Shown: positions 1 through 13,600 of the stretch, in pieces
Layout: every line of letters begins with the position of its first letter
How positions within the stretch are numbered: the stretch's first letter is position 1
Origin: Octopus bimaculoides
Lineage: Eukaryota
Direction of reading: 5' to 3'
NCBI RefSeq assembly: GCF_001194135.2
Contig: NC_068986.1
Coordinates: 116,639,482 to 116,688,267, forward strand
DNA: 48,786 nt
Position numbers and translations under genes: made by a program
Notes under the pieces: generated by a model
Told to the model about the DNA's origin: nothing
The model's input: the letters and a program-made list of their open reading frames with translations, nothing else
Database searches by the model: none

Positions 1-333
1 GCTATGACCCTCTCTGTAACTTTCATAACCTGATCTAACAGCTTGATGCCTCTGTAATTATTTGTATCTAAAGCGTCCCCTTTACCTTTGTAGCAGTTGA
101 CTATGATGCTGCTACACCAGTCATTGGGTATGACTCCTTCGTGTATCACCTGGTTCGTAATACGGGTGACTAGGCTATAGCCAACACTGCCAGATATTTT
201 GAGCATCTCTGCAGTGATTCCTGATGGGCCGGGGGCTTTCCCGGTCTTCATACTCTTAATTGCTTTATCTACCCTGGTACTATCAACTCGGATAGCTGGT
301 CCCTCTATTGGGTCGACATACGGCAGGCTCTCC
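1..333 (-). mobile_element. RTE-clade LINE, reverse transcriptase fragment (5'-truncated, runs off left edge)
   Basis: Open frame ESLPYVDPIEGPAIRVDS..KAIKSMKTGKAPGPSGITAEML...IPNDWCSSIIVNCYKGKGDAL..NNYRGIKLLDQVMKVTERVI. NYRGIKL and KAPGP..ITAEM are RTE RT N-terminal motifs. Confidence 0.9.
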
Positions 334-1789
334 AAAAATTACTGAATACACGTTGTAAGACATATTGTAATTTCTGAAGCTTCATTTATTACCTCCATCT
401 TAGCAAAAGCGGAGGTATTGCTTTCAGTTGTTTGTTTGTTTGTGGACAAGATATCTCGAGAACCACTCGATAGATTTGGATGAAACTTTCAGGAATGTTT
501 GGCCTTGTGACTGGCACAAACTGATTAGATTTTGGGATCAATCTGGTACTGGACAAGGATTTGGGATTATTTTTCCGTAACTTAATTTTTGAGAGCAGTT
601 GGGTTCATTTTTAGTATTTCTGTTTGTGAGAGCAGTTGAGTTTATTTCAGATAGTCTCATTTTAAAAATCATCTCTGACTAATCATTGAGAGGGTGTTGG
701 TGTTGCCTCGGCAGAGGTTTGCACTCTCTGAATGCTCTTGTTTTAAAGCTTAATCAGATTGGTCAAATTTATGCAGTGAGTGGTCAACTTGACCATCAGT
801 AAATTATCATCTCCAAGAAAAACAAGGATGTGAAAGGAATACTAGAAAAGTGATGTCCTATGCTAAAAGTAATACCACTGTTCCATATATAACAATACAA
901 AATATTTTTTGTGTGGCCAGTTTGCTTAAGGAAACTTGAAATTACAGCACTTCATTTGCTGTAATTAATTTGCATTTTAACCCAAAACAATCTTCAAAGT
1001 TACACAATATTTATACATGAATCTACTCAGAGTAAAGAGACGTATATATTCTTTAAGGTTCATAGAAGTTAGTAGAATTAAATTTTTACTCAAAGTAGTA
1101 TAAGATACATGCAGCAAATATGAACAGGACATATATACATAGATTTGTGTGTAGGAGGGATGTGTGAGTGTATGTATGTCAGCTAACAAAATTCACATGT
1201 GCAGCCAACCATGAAGAACAGGCCAGCCATCAGTCGGTATCAATACAGTCATCCACTACCTCTCATAGCAGTCTGCCAAAAGTACTCTGGCAGTAAACAA
1301 CATGAATCTACCAACTGCTATTAAGTTTAAAACAAGATGGATGGATGGATGGGATAGCCTTGAAGTTGAAGATTTTAAACTAACAGAGGCAGTGCTAGAA
1401 TATCACCTGAGGAAACACTAGATCTCATTATGCGAACAAACAGTTGCATAACCAAATACCTGTATTTTTGGAGAACTATGTTGTGTGGAAACAATTGTAG
1501 TGGTTAAAAAGTAACTGTCTAACCGTACACCTTGTTGACTCCAATTTCTTCAATTTCATACAAACAAGCAAACGAGCACACACGCACACCATTGTCTTTA
1601 CATGACATGATGGTTGTAAGCCAGTCTTCAGTGAAATACATTTGATCATGGAGAAATATCTTGTCTGGAAACAAACGATGGCTGGTGACAGGTGGGGTTT
1701 CTGTCCAGAGAAAAACTGCTTCAATGAAATCCGTCTGACTCATAAAAGCATGGAAAAGTGGACATTAAAAAAAACGAAGAATTTCTTAC

Positions 1790-1992
1790 CTGGCCAGCAC
1801 CACCCATCAAAGACACCACCATCTTTATTTTTAACAAAAATGTCTTTCTCCTTTCCTTCTTTGTAGATTGAATAATCATCATCTCTTTTCAGGTGAGGAT
1901 CAACAACATTTACCAGCTTCCTGCCTTTTGAAGACAAATTCCGTACCATGTCTTCAGGATTTGGAAATTTTGCACTGTCCCAAGTGAAGTAT
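1790..1992 (-). CDS. GANAB: GANAB exon 13 ([12 protein letters not shown]...DPHLK...GWCWP); last exon found in window
   Basis: TTTCCTAG acceptor, CAG|GTAAGA donor, 203 nt, YFTWD, VDPH and GWCWPG motifs. Confidence 0.97.
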
Positions 1993-2542
1993 CTAGGAAA
2001 TAAAACAAAACCTATCAAAATGAGATCAAAGAAAAAAAAAAGGTGTGTGTGTGAGAAACCAATTTAACCCTTTAGAATTCAGATTACTCTGCCAAATGTA
2101 ATGCTTAATTTATTCATATTGTTTTGAATTAAGCAATATCTTGTAACTTTGAGATTTCAGTGGCATGTTTGTTTAGTGTTTCTTTGAATCACATTGTAAA
2201 GAAGGTATAAGAGGCTGAAGCTAACCAGTTTGAACATAAAACAGCTGGAACACTTGAACCGGATATGACCAGTTTTAACACTAAAGGGTTAAATTCTGAA
2301 TTTTAGCTATTCTGATCCATTAATGCTGCTAATTGCCTTTAAGCATCAATGCCACAAAATCCTCACTTGCCCTCCATTCTATATTTTTGTTCTTATATTG
2401 AAAATAAGGAACATTTTTCTTTTTCACACTTCAACCTGTTTATGTCTCTTCTGAATCTAAAAGATTTACTTTCAAAATAGACAAGTCCTACTAAAAGAAA
2501 ACTTTAAAAAAAAACTATAAAAGGATATCTTAGAGAGAATGA

Positions 2543-2590
<48 letters not shown>

Positions 2591-5500
2591 ATGTGCACAT
2601 GCATGCGTGAGTGGCAGTGAGTTAAGTTTGCTTCAGAACCACATGGTTTTGGGTTCGATCCTATGAGATGGCACCTGGGTAAATGTCTTCTATTATAGCT
2701 CCAGGCTATCCAAAGCCATCTGAATGGGTTGGTAAATGGAAACCAAAAGAAGCCTATCATATGTGGGAGTACATTTGCATTTCTTTGTCTTGACGATACG
2801 TTAGTTGAAGGTCACCGTCATGTAAACAACGACACTCATTTCCAATATTTTGTGGAGAAATGTCAGGCGATGGGGAAATATTACCTCGGAGGGGAAACAG
2901 GTGAAGGTTGGTAACAGGAAGGATAACATCCAACTATAGATAATCTGCCTGAATAAATCCATGGAAAAATAGATGTTAAAATGCTTTGAGGAATGGGCCT
3001 CATGGAAGCAAAGTGGCTGAGTTCCTTTCGAGTGTTGGGCCTCACGGTGGCAATAACCAAGACCTTTGGCATTACGTAATTTGAGAAGAAGATCCATGAA
3101 GCTGAGTAAAATTGCAGTCGTGGCACATACTGGTGTCACGCAAATCAGCACCTGTACCGATGGCATGTAAACACACCTCGGTGTCACACAAATGGCACCC
3201 ATGCTGGTGGCATGTAAAAGCACCCATTACACTCTCGGAGTGGTTGGCATTAGGAAAGGCATCCAGCCATAGCAAACCATGCCAAATCAGACTGGAGTCT
3301 GGTACAGCCTTCCAGCATGCCAACCCAGTCCAATCCATGCCAGCATGGACAACCAACGTTAAATGATGATGATATTACATGCTGGCCATGTAAAAGCACC
3401 CATGCCAGTGCCATGTTAAAAGTGCCCAGTATACTTTGTAAAGGAATGGCATTCAGCCGTAGAAACCACGCCACACCAGACACACGGAGCCTGGGAAGCT
3501 CTTCCACTGGCCAGCTCCAGTCAAACTGATGCCAGCATGGAAAACATTAAACAATGATAATGAAGGTTTCTTTTACGTTCAGTCATAATAAAAACTTTAC
3601 AAAAGTATGGAGTAACCCTTCAATGAATGTAGAGTACAAACTATTCTTTAATAAGACTAGTACTGATGGAGACTTCGAAGTTTCAGTCAGCTAAGCCATC
3701 ATTGGACAATCAGATGACTGCTTAGCTAGCCAAAACTTTGAAGTCACTGTCAATAAATACTATTATTTAAACACACACACACACACACATTTACTGCTAA
3801 CGAATTAGAAAGATGTATAAATCGTTCGTGGTTACCAATTATTTCAATTTATTACATTAAAAGACCAGGTGCTATTGTTACCTTTTACCATCCGTGTGTT
3901 CAATGTCCAACCAAAGCACATCATAAGGAATGTCATGAACATCAAAATTATTATCTACACTGAAAGCAAAGAATAAAATAATTAAGAGACTAGCTTACAT
4001 AAACAATTGAAGTACAGAATGATAAACAAGCAGAGTAAGTAAAAAAAAAGCCATTTGTATAGTATCCTAAGGATAAGTGACAAATATTAGAGAGGGCATT
4101 AATCTAGTTGCTGAGATCTGTTTAATGAAATGATGCAAGTAGAATTCAGTGTTGTGGCCTAGACATAGAAAAACATCTGGAATGCGATATAATATGACCT
4201 CATGATTACATATTCACAAGCTGATATCATATTTTTAAGGTGGCAGGCTTAATCTGTTTAACATTCAGATTACTGTCAAATTGAATGCGTATTTATTGAC
4301 ATTGTTTTTGATTAATCTTGTAATTTGAAGATGTGATTGTTTATTTTAAAAATGACATTATAGGGTAGGTCCGAGAAGCTGATTCTAGTCAGTTTGAACA
4401 TAAAACAAAATTTGGGTCCCGAAATGGTCAGGTTAAAAGCATTTGGATCAGGATTCCAGTTCTTGGCTGCTCTGTTAAAGGACATCAGCACTAAACCCTT
4501 CCTTTTCTCACCAAACCAAAAACAAATATTTAAAAACAAAAATGTTAAAAGAGAATATGAAAGCCACCAACACATTTTTGCTTCTTCTCTTTATTCAATA
4601 ATAATGGTTCAAATTTTTGTAGAAGGTCAATAGTTCTTTTAGGGAAGTAGGTAAGTGAATTATATTGACCCTAGTACTCAACTGGTACTTATTTTATCCA
4701 CCCCAAAAGAATGAAAGGCAAAGTCAAAGATGACCAAATTTGAAACACAGAAATACTGCCAAGTAACATGTCTGACTTGTTATTTTGCCAGTGCACCTGT
4801 AAGAAAACCACTATAAAATAACAATGGATAAACTATAAACTGGCCTAATAAAGTTCTTTGGATGAGCTAATGTAACATTATTGTTCTTACACAACAAACT
4901 TGCTTTTAAGTTAACATTAAACCACATATGTTGTAGAGTAGGTTAGTCGTTCTGATGTTATAAGCATATTTCAACATAAGTACATCTGGCTGAATTGATC
5001 CAACTCAAACAGTTTTGTTTATAATGAATGGTTGAAATGAGTTTGTTTTAAAAAAAATTACTTTTTCTACACTGCTAGAGTCAGTTAACCAAAACCTTTA
5101 CCCAACTACAACTTGCAGTTCCAGTAGCAAAAGATACTCACTTTTTGACATCTTCTTCATCATTATAGTTCCAGCGTGACTGGTGATAGGCCAAAGCAAA
5201 TAACTACAAAATACGTAAAAAAATTTAAAAAAACTAATAGCATACCAATATATCTTTACAAACAGTCAGTTCTAACAGCCTCTTGCTAATAGCAATATTC
5301 CTCATAGATTGCTGCATTACACTGGAGTAAGAGACAGGGAGAAGAATGTAGCCAATGATTAACTCAACTACAGAATGGTTTTAAGAGTTCTCCATAACCT
5401 ATTGGATCCTTCTCAGATTAGAAGAGTTAAGATAGAGCAAACTTGGTGTAGCCCAAGTTTATGAATTTGGAGATTGTCTAAAAATATAAATCACCAACAT

Positions 5501-7556
5501 TAAAACGTTTCTCCCCCCCCCCCCTCAGTGTATAACTTAAGGGCTGTAACAGAATTTGAAGAAACCTTACAGCAGCAAACCCACTTATTTCATTTAGTGT
5601 TAAGGTAAAACCTGAAACTATAGAGGGTTGGAGTGATGGGTTGAACAGAGTTCTTTCATAGTAAGAGAGAGAGAGACAAAGGGAAGGCATTGCTTGACAG
5701 GCCAGAATAAGTTTGCTTAAGAACAAAGCAGAGTTGCAAACCCTTAAAGGAGAAATCTGATTGGCTAATCAAATAATATACAGGAATTGTTATTGCTGTG
5801 TGTTCTAGTCTTATAAAAGCTAGTCTATTAGACAAGGAAATTTGAGTTACAGATATAGTTTTTGTTCTTTCTTTTTGTTAGCAAAAAGATTTAAAACCTA
5901 TTTGGAATTAAAAAAAAAAAGATTCAAATGAGTAAAATCAGTTTTCCTAAACTATGAATAGTGCCAAAGAGAATAAAAGACAAAGAACCTCATATCAAAC
6001 TGATAGTTCATGAAGTACATGCAAAAACAACAAGAATACAAATCAAGCGTGTATCCATTCTTAATGTTTTGGCAGATTTAAACATGATTATTTGAGCACT
6101 GCTGGTCTTCATCAATGGAAACAGCTTCTTTTAGAGGATGTGCTTATAGCACACAACTGACCAGTGTAAGGGGACTTGGAAACACGGCAGAGTGTCCCCT
6201 TAGTCAAAGGAACGTCTAGTTTACAGAAATCAACAAATTATCTTCTGATTTCTATGAACAGACACCTGTGCTCTAGTTAGAATTATTGGTTCAAACAGGG
6301 AAGCTTTGACTGAGGAGACACAATAAGGTTGAAACGCCATATTGTCTCAAAGTAACACCCCCTCCCAATGCCTCCTTACATCAATGAATCACGTGTGTTA
6401 TAAACACACACCATCTATGAGGAAGAGGTGTTCTCTGATGATGTAAAACAACAGCAATCTGATATTCATGTTCAAATCAACCACATTTTACAAATTGATA
6501 CCATTATTTAACGTCCGCTTTCCATGCTGGCAATGGGTTGGATGGTTTGATTGAAAACTGGTAAACCAGGAAGCTGCACCAGATTCTGATTTGGCAAGGT
6601 TTCTACAGCTGGATACCCCTCCTGATGCCAAACACTCAGAGTGCAGTGGGTGCTTTTTACATGCCAGTCACCTGACACCAGCCATGACCATGGTCTCACT
6701 TGGCTTGACAGATCTGTTATTCTTAACCTAATGTCCTTTACATAAAAATGTTAATGTTTTGATCACATTCAAGCTAATTTCACTAATTCTGAGTAATAAA
6801 AAAAATTTGAAGCAATTTTTCATATTTACTCTAATTTGCTAAATCTGGAGAAATTTAGTGGAAGCACATGACCTAGTGGTTAGGGTAGCAGACTTGCAGT
6901 CGAGGGATCGTGAGTTCGAATCCCAGACCGGGTGATGTGTTTACGAGCAAACCACCTAAGCTCCATGCAGCTCTGGCAGAAGGTAATGGTGAACTTCAGC
7001 TCATTCTTTCTTCCTGCATCTAGCAGCTCATCTGTGATGGACTGGCATTCCGTTCAGGTGGGGAACCTATACGCCAATGAAACCGGGAAACCAACCCTTA
7101 TGTGCCAGGCATGGCTTGAAAAGAAACAAACAACAAAGATGATTAAAGGAAACCTACTGGTGGAAGTGGTGTGGTTCCAGTGAGTAGTGAATACTGATAA
7201 AATACATCTCTTGGTTTTGGTCCCAGCATTACAAACACATCAATGATACCACTTTCAGAGAACCAATGAGTATCTGTCTGTGGTATTTCCTGGTCACCTT
7301 TCACATAATCCATCATCTTCTTAAATAAATTCTGCAAGAGTTAAGAAAATTCATTATTACATGACGACAGACTCACCCATCAAAGACAACACACGAGCGT
7401 CCAGCTTTTGCTGAATGACCTGACAAATAATTTGTTTATAGTAATCAAAAGCTCGTGCCGCACATTAGCTTGCTCTCTCCATCAAACAGATGTCTGAACA
7501 GGTGCATGGTGTATCACGTGTCAGGTGAAGTGATCACACCCACATACACAAAACAC

Positions 7557-7647
<91 letters not shown>

Positions 7648-10600
7648 AAGAGACATACACATGAAAAAGGCAGTAAATAGAATGAAGTTGTCCGAAACAT
7701 TTACAAAGATTTACAAAAAAAAATCCAGTTAGTGTTTCTCTTCAACAAAAAGACACCCTGAAATCTTGTTAATATCAATCCATCATGCTGACAACTTATC
7801 CCTTAATCTGGAACATGAGTAATCTGACCACACTTATTCCTTACCAGTGCCCACACCTGCTGTCCCAAATACCCACACTTCATGGCATTCATCAAACACA
7901 GAAATGACAGCTAATTTACATTATACACACCCATACCAGTATTACATTATGAATACCAAACCAGTTATATGACCATACCAATTTAATCACATCTCCCCTA
8001 TACTTACGTGCCAACACACTAAACTACTCACTCTTCTCGTTTATGCTCAACTTTACATAAATATTAACAACGCTTCAGACAAAAACCAGAATTTCACTTG
8101 TTCCTTTCTAGTCATTTCACATTTTCTGTACAAAAGGCTTTTCCTGCCACACCAAAGAGATCTGATGTATCATTAACATAATTAAACATTTCTTGAACTA
8201 CTTACTGAGGTCTATAAATAATTGTATAAGAAACAAAAGGGCAAGAAAATAAAATCATAAAACAAAAAAAAAAAATTTACCTTATCAGCAACATTTGAAG
8301 TGATGTCAATCCAGGTTTCTGCTGCATTGTGCCAAAAAACCCCAACGGTTCTCTCTTCACTGAATAGAGAAGAGAAAAAAAAAACAAATCTTTAGCTAAT
8401 TCACATTCAGATTACTCAGGCAAATGTAATGCTTATTTATTTACATGGTTTTGAATTAATCATGCACTATCTGGTGTCTCTGACATTTCAATATGATTAT
8501 ATTATTTTTGAACAACATTGTATGGTATGTGTGAAAGGCTGGATCTGTTTGAACATAAACCAGGTCAAATATTTGGGCAGGATAAGGCTAGTTTGAATAT
8601 TAAGGGATTTAAGTAACAACAGCAAATATAACTGCTGCAAACATAAATACTTCATAAAACAAGGGTGTGGGTTCTGACAACTACCAAGAGGTTTTATCAT
8701 ACCCAGTTTGAAATCTCAGACATTGAATCAACATCTACAATGTAATTCAACAAGTAAGCCTCTTTGTCGTCACATAGCCCTCTAGAAATAGCAACCAAAT
8801 CTCCTTCAAACAAATCATACCCCACTGCTTGAGAGAGTGAAGGAGTATGTGTGTCTGTTCTGACATTGTATAATTGTAAATGAGTGTCACTGTCTTACAA
8901 GCAGTGTCATTAACTTCCAATATTCTATGAAATATTGTCTGGCCAGGGGGAAATATTATTCTGAAATAAGTGAGGGTTGATGACAGGAAGGGCAAGAGGT
9001 TATAAAAAAAACTTGCCTCAGTAAAACAATGATTTTTATAAAATTTTTCATTATTTTCAAAATTAATTAAAAATAAAAGCAACATAACAGAAATATGGTA
9101 ACAAAAAGATTAAAATGAGAAAGAAGTGGCAAACTATCTACATGTCCTTTTCAGGCCCTGCTAAACTGAAAAATAAGAATTAATGAATGAAGTTAAATTA
9201 AGCAGTGGTTAAATTTAGTTCCAGAGAATATTTGGACAGTCTTTGGTACAAAGTTGTGGGAAGTAACAAAAATTTTTTTAAATGGCTTTATTTGTAAAAA
9301 AAATACAAGAAACATGTGACAACATACTTATGAGCCAACATAACAGGAATACTGCCATATAAAGCCATAGGATTGTATAATTCATATTCAAACACATCCA
9401 AGTTGTAAAGCCGATAGGGATCGGTGCTTCTGGAAAATACAAAACAAAACAAAGCCTCAGTGAATTTATTCTGACAACGAAATGTATTGCTATTTAGAGC
9501 TGTTGATTTGGAATACAAACTTTGAAATAATTGCACGGCTTCTCAAAAAGGAGAGGATTTTGATTAAAAGATTCTATACCAAAACTATTAAGGTTAAATA
9601 AGCTATTGAAAATTTCATTTTTAAGAATTATTGCTTTACAATATTTCCAAGATTTCATTCTAGATAGTTTAAAGAAAACTATTTCAACAACCACCAAGTT
9701 CAATTAAATAAAATACAACTTGCAAACAGTCTTCTTTCTCAAAAGAAATAAGGAGTGGCTGTGTGATAAGTAGCTTGCTTACCAACCACATGGTTCCGGG
9801 TTCAGTCCCACTGCGTGGCACCTTGGGCAAGTGTCTTCTACTATAGCCTCGGGCCGACCAAAGTCTTGTGAGTGGATTTGGCAGACGGAAACTGAAAGAA
9901 GCCCGTCATATATATGTGTGTGTGTGTATATATATATATAAATATATATCATCATCATTGTTTAACGTCCGCTTTCCATGCTAGCATGGGTTGGACGATT
10001 TGACTGAGGACTGGTGCAACCGGATGGCTACACCAGGCTCCAATCTAATTTGGCAGAGTTTCTACAGCTGGATGCCTTTCCTAACGCCAACCACTCAGAG
10101 AGTGTAGTGGGTGCTTTTACGTGTCATATATATAAATATGTGTGTGTGTGTGTGTATGTGTCTGTGTTTGTCCCCCTAACATCGTTTGATAACCGATGCT
10201 GGTGTGTTTACATCCCCGTAACTTAACAGTTCGGCATAAGAGACCGATAGAATAGGCTTACAAAGAATAAGTCCTGGGGTCGATTTGCTTGACTAAAGGC
10301 AGTGCTCCAGCATGGCCACAGTCAAATGACTGAAACAAGAGTAAAAGAGTATCTCAATTTATCTAAAAGTTGTGACAAAAGTGACAGAAATCATACATAC
10401 TTTGTAGACTTTAGTGCAAAACTGTCAGCATGTTCTGGAATGCCATAAACATTTTCAAAGCCAGGGAAAGAGATGTCAATACCAACTGATGTGGGACCTG
10501 TACAATAAACAGCAGAACTAGTTTATAACAACAAACGCTTCAACATTGAGCAAACAAAAAATTAACTTATTAGAAATAATACAAATCAATAATAGGTATT

Positions 10601-13600
10601 TTCACCAAAACGGTCATGTTTAGGGAATTGAAAAATTTTTTTTTTAGAAACAAATGTACACTCATCTCTATTATAAAATCAAATATGAATAATTCATCCA
10701 GAGCTCAGATGATAGTCATTCAACCAATTCTTGGCACTCCGTCACTTCTGACGTCGAGGGTTCCAGTTGATCCAATCAACGGAACAGCCTGCTTGTGAAA
10801 TTAACGTGCAAGTGGCTGAACACTCCAAAGACACATGTACCCTTAACGTAGTTCTCGGGGATATTCAGTGTGACACAGTGTGACAAGGCTGACCCTTTGA
10901 ATTACAGGCACAACAGAAACAGGAAGTAAGAGTGAGAGAAAGTTGTGGTGGAAGAGTACAGCAGGGTTCAATCACCATCCCCTGCCGGAGCCTTGTGGAG
11001 CTTTAGGTGTTTTCGCTCATTAAACACTCACAACACCCGGTCTGGGAATCGAAACTGCGATCCTATGACCGCGAGTCTGCTGCCCTAACCACTGGGCCAT
11101 TGCGCCTCCACCATTCAACCAATTATCTAACAATAAATACCATATACAGATAATTAATAACAGAAGCAGTATTAGTACCAAAATGGAATTTCTTATGCAC
11201 CATGGGTCCATATGAGAGGACTTCTCAAGGTAAATAACACAATATTTGGTAATACTATTCTATATTTTTTAGATGAGGAATTATGTACATTATTTACAAT
11301 GGACAGACAGGTGTCCACACCTTGTTTGTTCTCACCACAACGTTTCGGCTGATGTATTCTCCAGCCTTCATCAGGGGTTCTTTATTTAATCAAATAAAGA
11401 GTTGGGTTTGAAATTCCACCAGAACACCTGATGAAAGCCAAAATGTGGTAACAACAAACAAGATGAAGACCCCTATCCCTCCATTGTTTTACTGTTAGTT
11501 TTGTAGAAAACATGAGAGTTTTTTATGCATTTACACAATTTATTGCATTACTACAAATTTAGCTTTTTTATTATTTTATTTTCTACATGTCTGGTTAATG
11601 TGGTGTATTTCGAATGTAGTGTACTTAGGTTTTGGCTATCTTGGGCTGTTTTTGTTGTTGTCATTATAGTTTGTGCAGTTATAGAGTTGGAGCTGATAAA
11701 TAGGGATATGTTCAGATTTCTGATATGATTCAGACTATGTTTAGGTGAATTTATTGTGTTTTGTGCTGTTGGTTTGAAAATGGGAGATTTTTTTAATTAA
11801 GCAGAGAACAAATGAGTGCAAGTTAAAGAATTTTGGCACTTGTTCTCTATGCCAACTGCAATAACAGCTACACTTGAATTACCATTTGGTTTAGAATCAG
11901 TGAAAGACTTGAAGGTTTCTTCCCACATATCTGGTTCCTCAGGTTCAGATTTAGATTCCTCTTGAGTATTTTCCTAAAATCATAAAATAAATAAAAGATA
12001 TTACATTAGCATTTTCCAGTTAAGCCATTCTATCAAGAGCAGTATTAAAAGAACAGGATCAAAAGATGCATGCATGCACCCAAACATGTTCCTATTATAA
12101 GTTGGGCAGATTTTCTGTGCAGTATCTTTCCAGGCACAAATCAATCTTGTGTCAAACTGCAAGCAGGTTTTGGTTTCGTTTTTTTATAACAGTTCTGCCC
12201 AACCTTTAGGCAACTGTTGTGATGGAGGGAGTTAAGGTTGTTTATTACAATAAATAAAAAATGCACGTTTCATTGGTCAACACCATTGCTGGAGTGGAAT
12301 TCACTCCACCACATCACATTAAAAAAATACACAGCACCAAACCAGTGTACACCATTGAAGGTGTCACTACCCGGATGAAGATGCATTGACAACCAACTTT
12401 TTGAGCCGAGTTCAAAACGGTCAAACATGGCATTTATAGCAATGGTCTTCAGCTTTGGACTACACTGGATGTAAGGAACCAAAAACGTTTATAAATACCT
12501 ATATTTAAACATTTCCTATCCAGTTTGAAGCTAAATGCCATATATAACTAGGTAGATAATAGAGATATTGAATAAATATTATGAAAAGTAGAAAAAGTTT
12601 TAGTGTAAAAATGGCAGATTGAATGCACTCAATCACAGATCAATAAATATAAATGATCTTCTAATTGTGTAAGTGTCCATGCACTTGCAGATGTAACAAA
12701 GTTCCTTCATTCTAGGGGGCGGGAAAAAAATCCATTATCTTACCTTTTTCTCTTCATTAGATTCACCCCCTTCTTGTGGAGGCTCAGCAGGATTAGCATC
12801 TCTGAAAGGGGTTGAAAACCAAGAATATACATAGGAACCAATCCTAGACAACACCCCCCTACAAAGGGAACAAATGGGGCAGTCATTTGTATTGCCTATT
12901 ATGGCTGCAATAGCAGTTAGTTTAACAATAGCATACATAAATTAGCAAATGATTTATTCTAGATTTTAGTTATTAATCAGAAAACATTTGAGGAATTGGC
13001 AGAAAGGACACTATTAGTGTCTTTATCGTTTAATCACAGTTAACTAGTAGATTTTAGTAGCCTTTGTTTATAAATGAAATTGTGGAGTTCAAATCTCATG
13101 TGGACATTGTAGATATTCAGAAACAGGCCATCTGACAATGATAAGAACTAAATACTAACACAAAAGATAAAGTTAATAGTCAGATATAATTTAATTATGT
13201 CACAGATGAATTTAATTACCATAATATTTCAGAAGAATTCTCATTTCTCAGACTTTAAAATAATACAATTAACCATATTACTAATTATTCAAAAGTTTTA
13301 AATTTGTAGTAATCATTGGTGCAATCATTCCATTCCAAGTAGTATTCTAATTACATTTTTAATAAATAGAATATCTTTGATACCAATCTGAGACTGCTCC
13401 TGGTTCTATGATACAAACACAACCATCATCATCATTGTTTAACGTCCGCTTTCCATGCTAGCATGGGTTGGACGATTTGACTGAGGACTGGTGAAACCAG
13501 ATGGCTGCACCAGGCTCCAATCTGATTTGGCAGAGTTTCTACAGCTGGATGCCCTTCCTAACGCCAACCACTCCGAGAGTGTAGTGGGTGCTTTTACGTG

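Noticed and set aside
1-1789. Next GANAB exon (expected ..DF.NP..R.WW and WNDMNE)
   Set aside because: Not found by inspection; the rest of the gene lies beyond the left edge.
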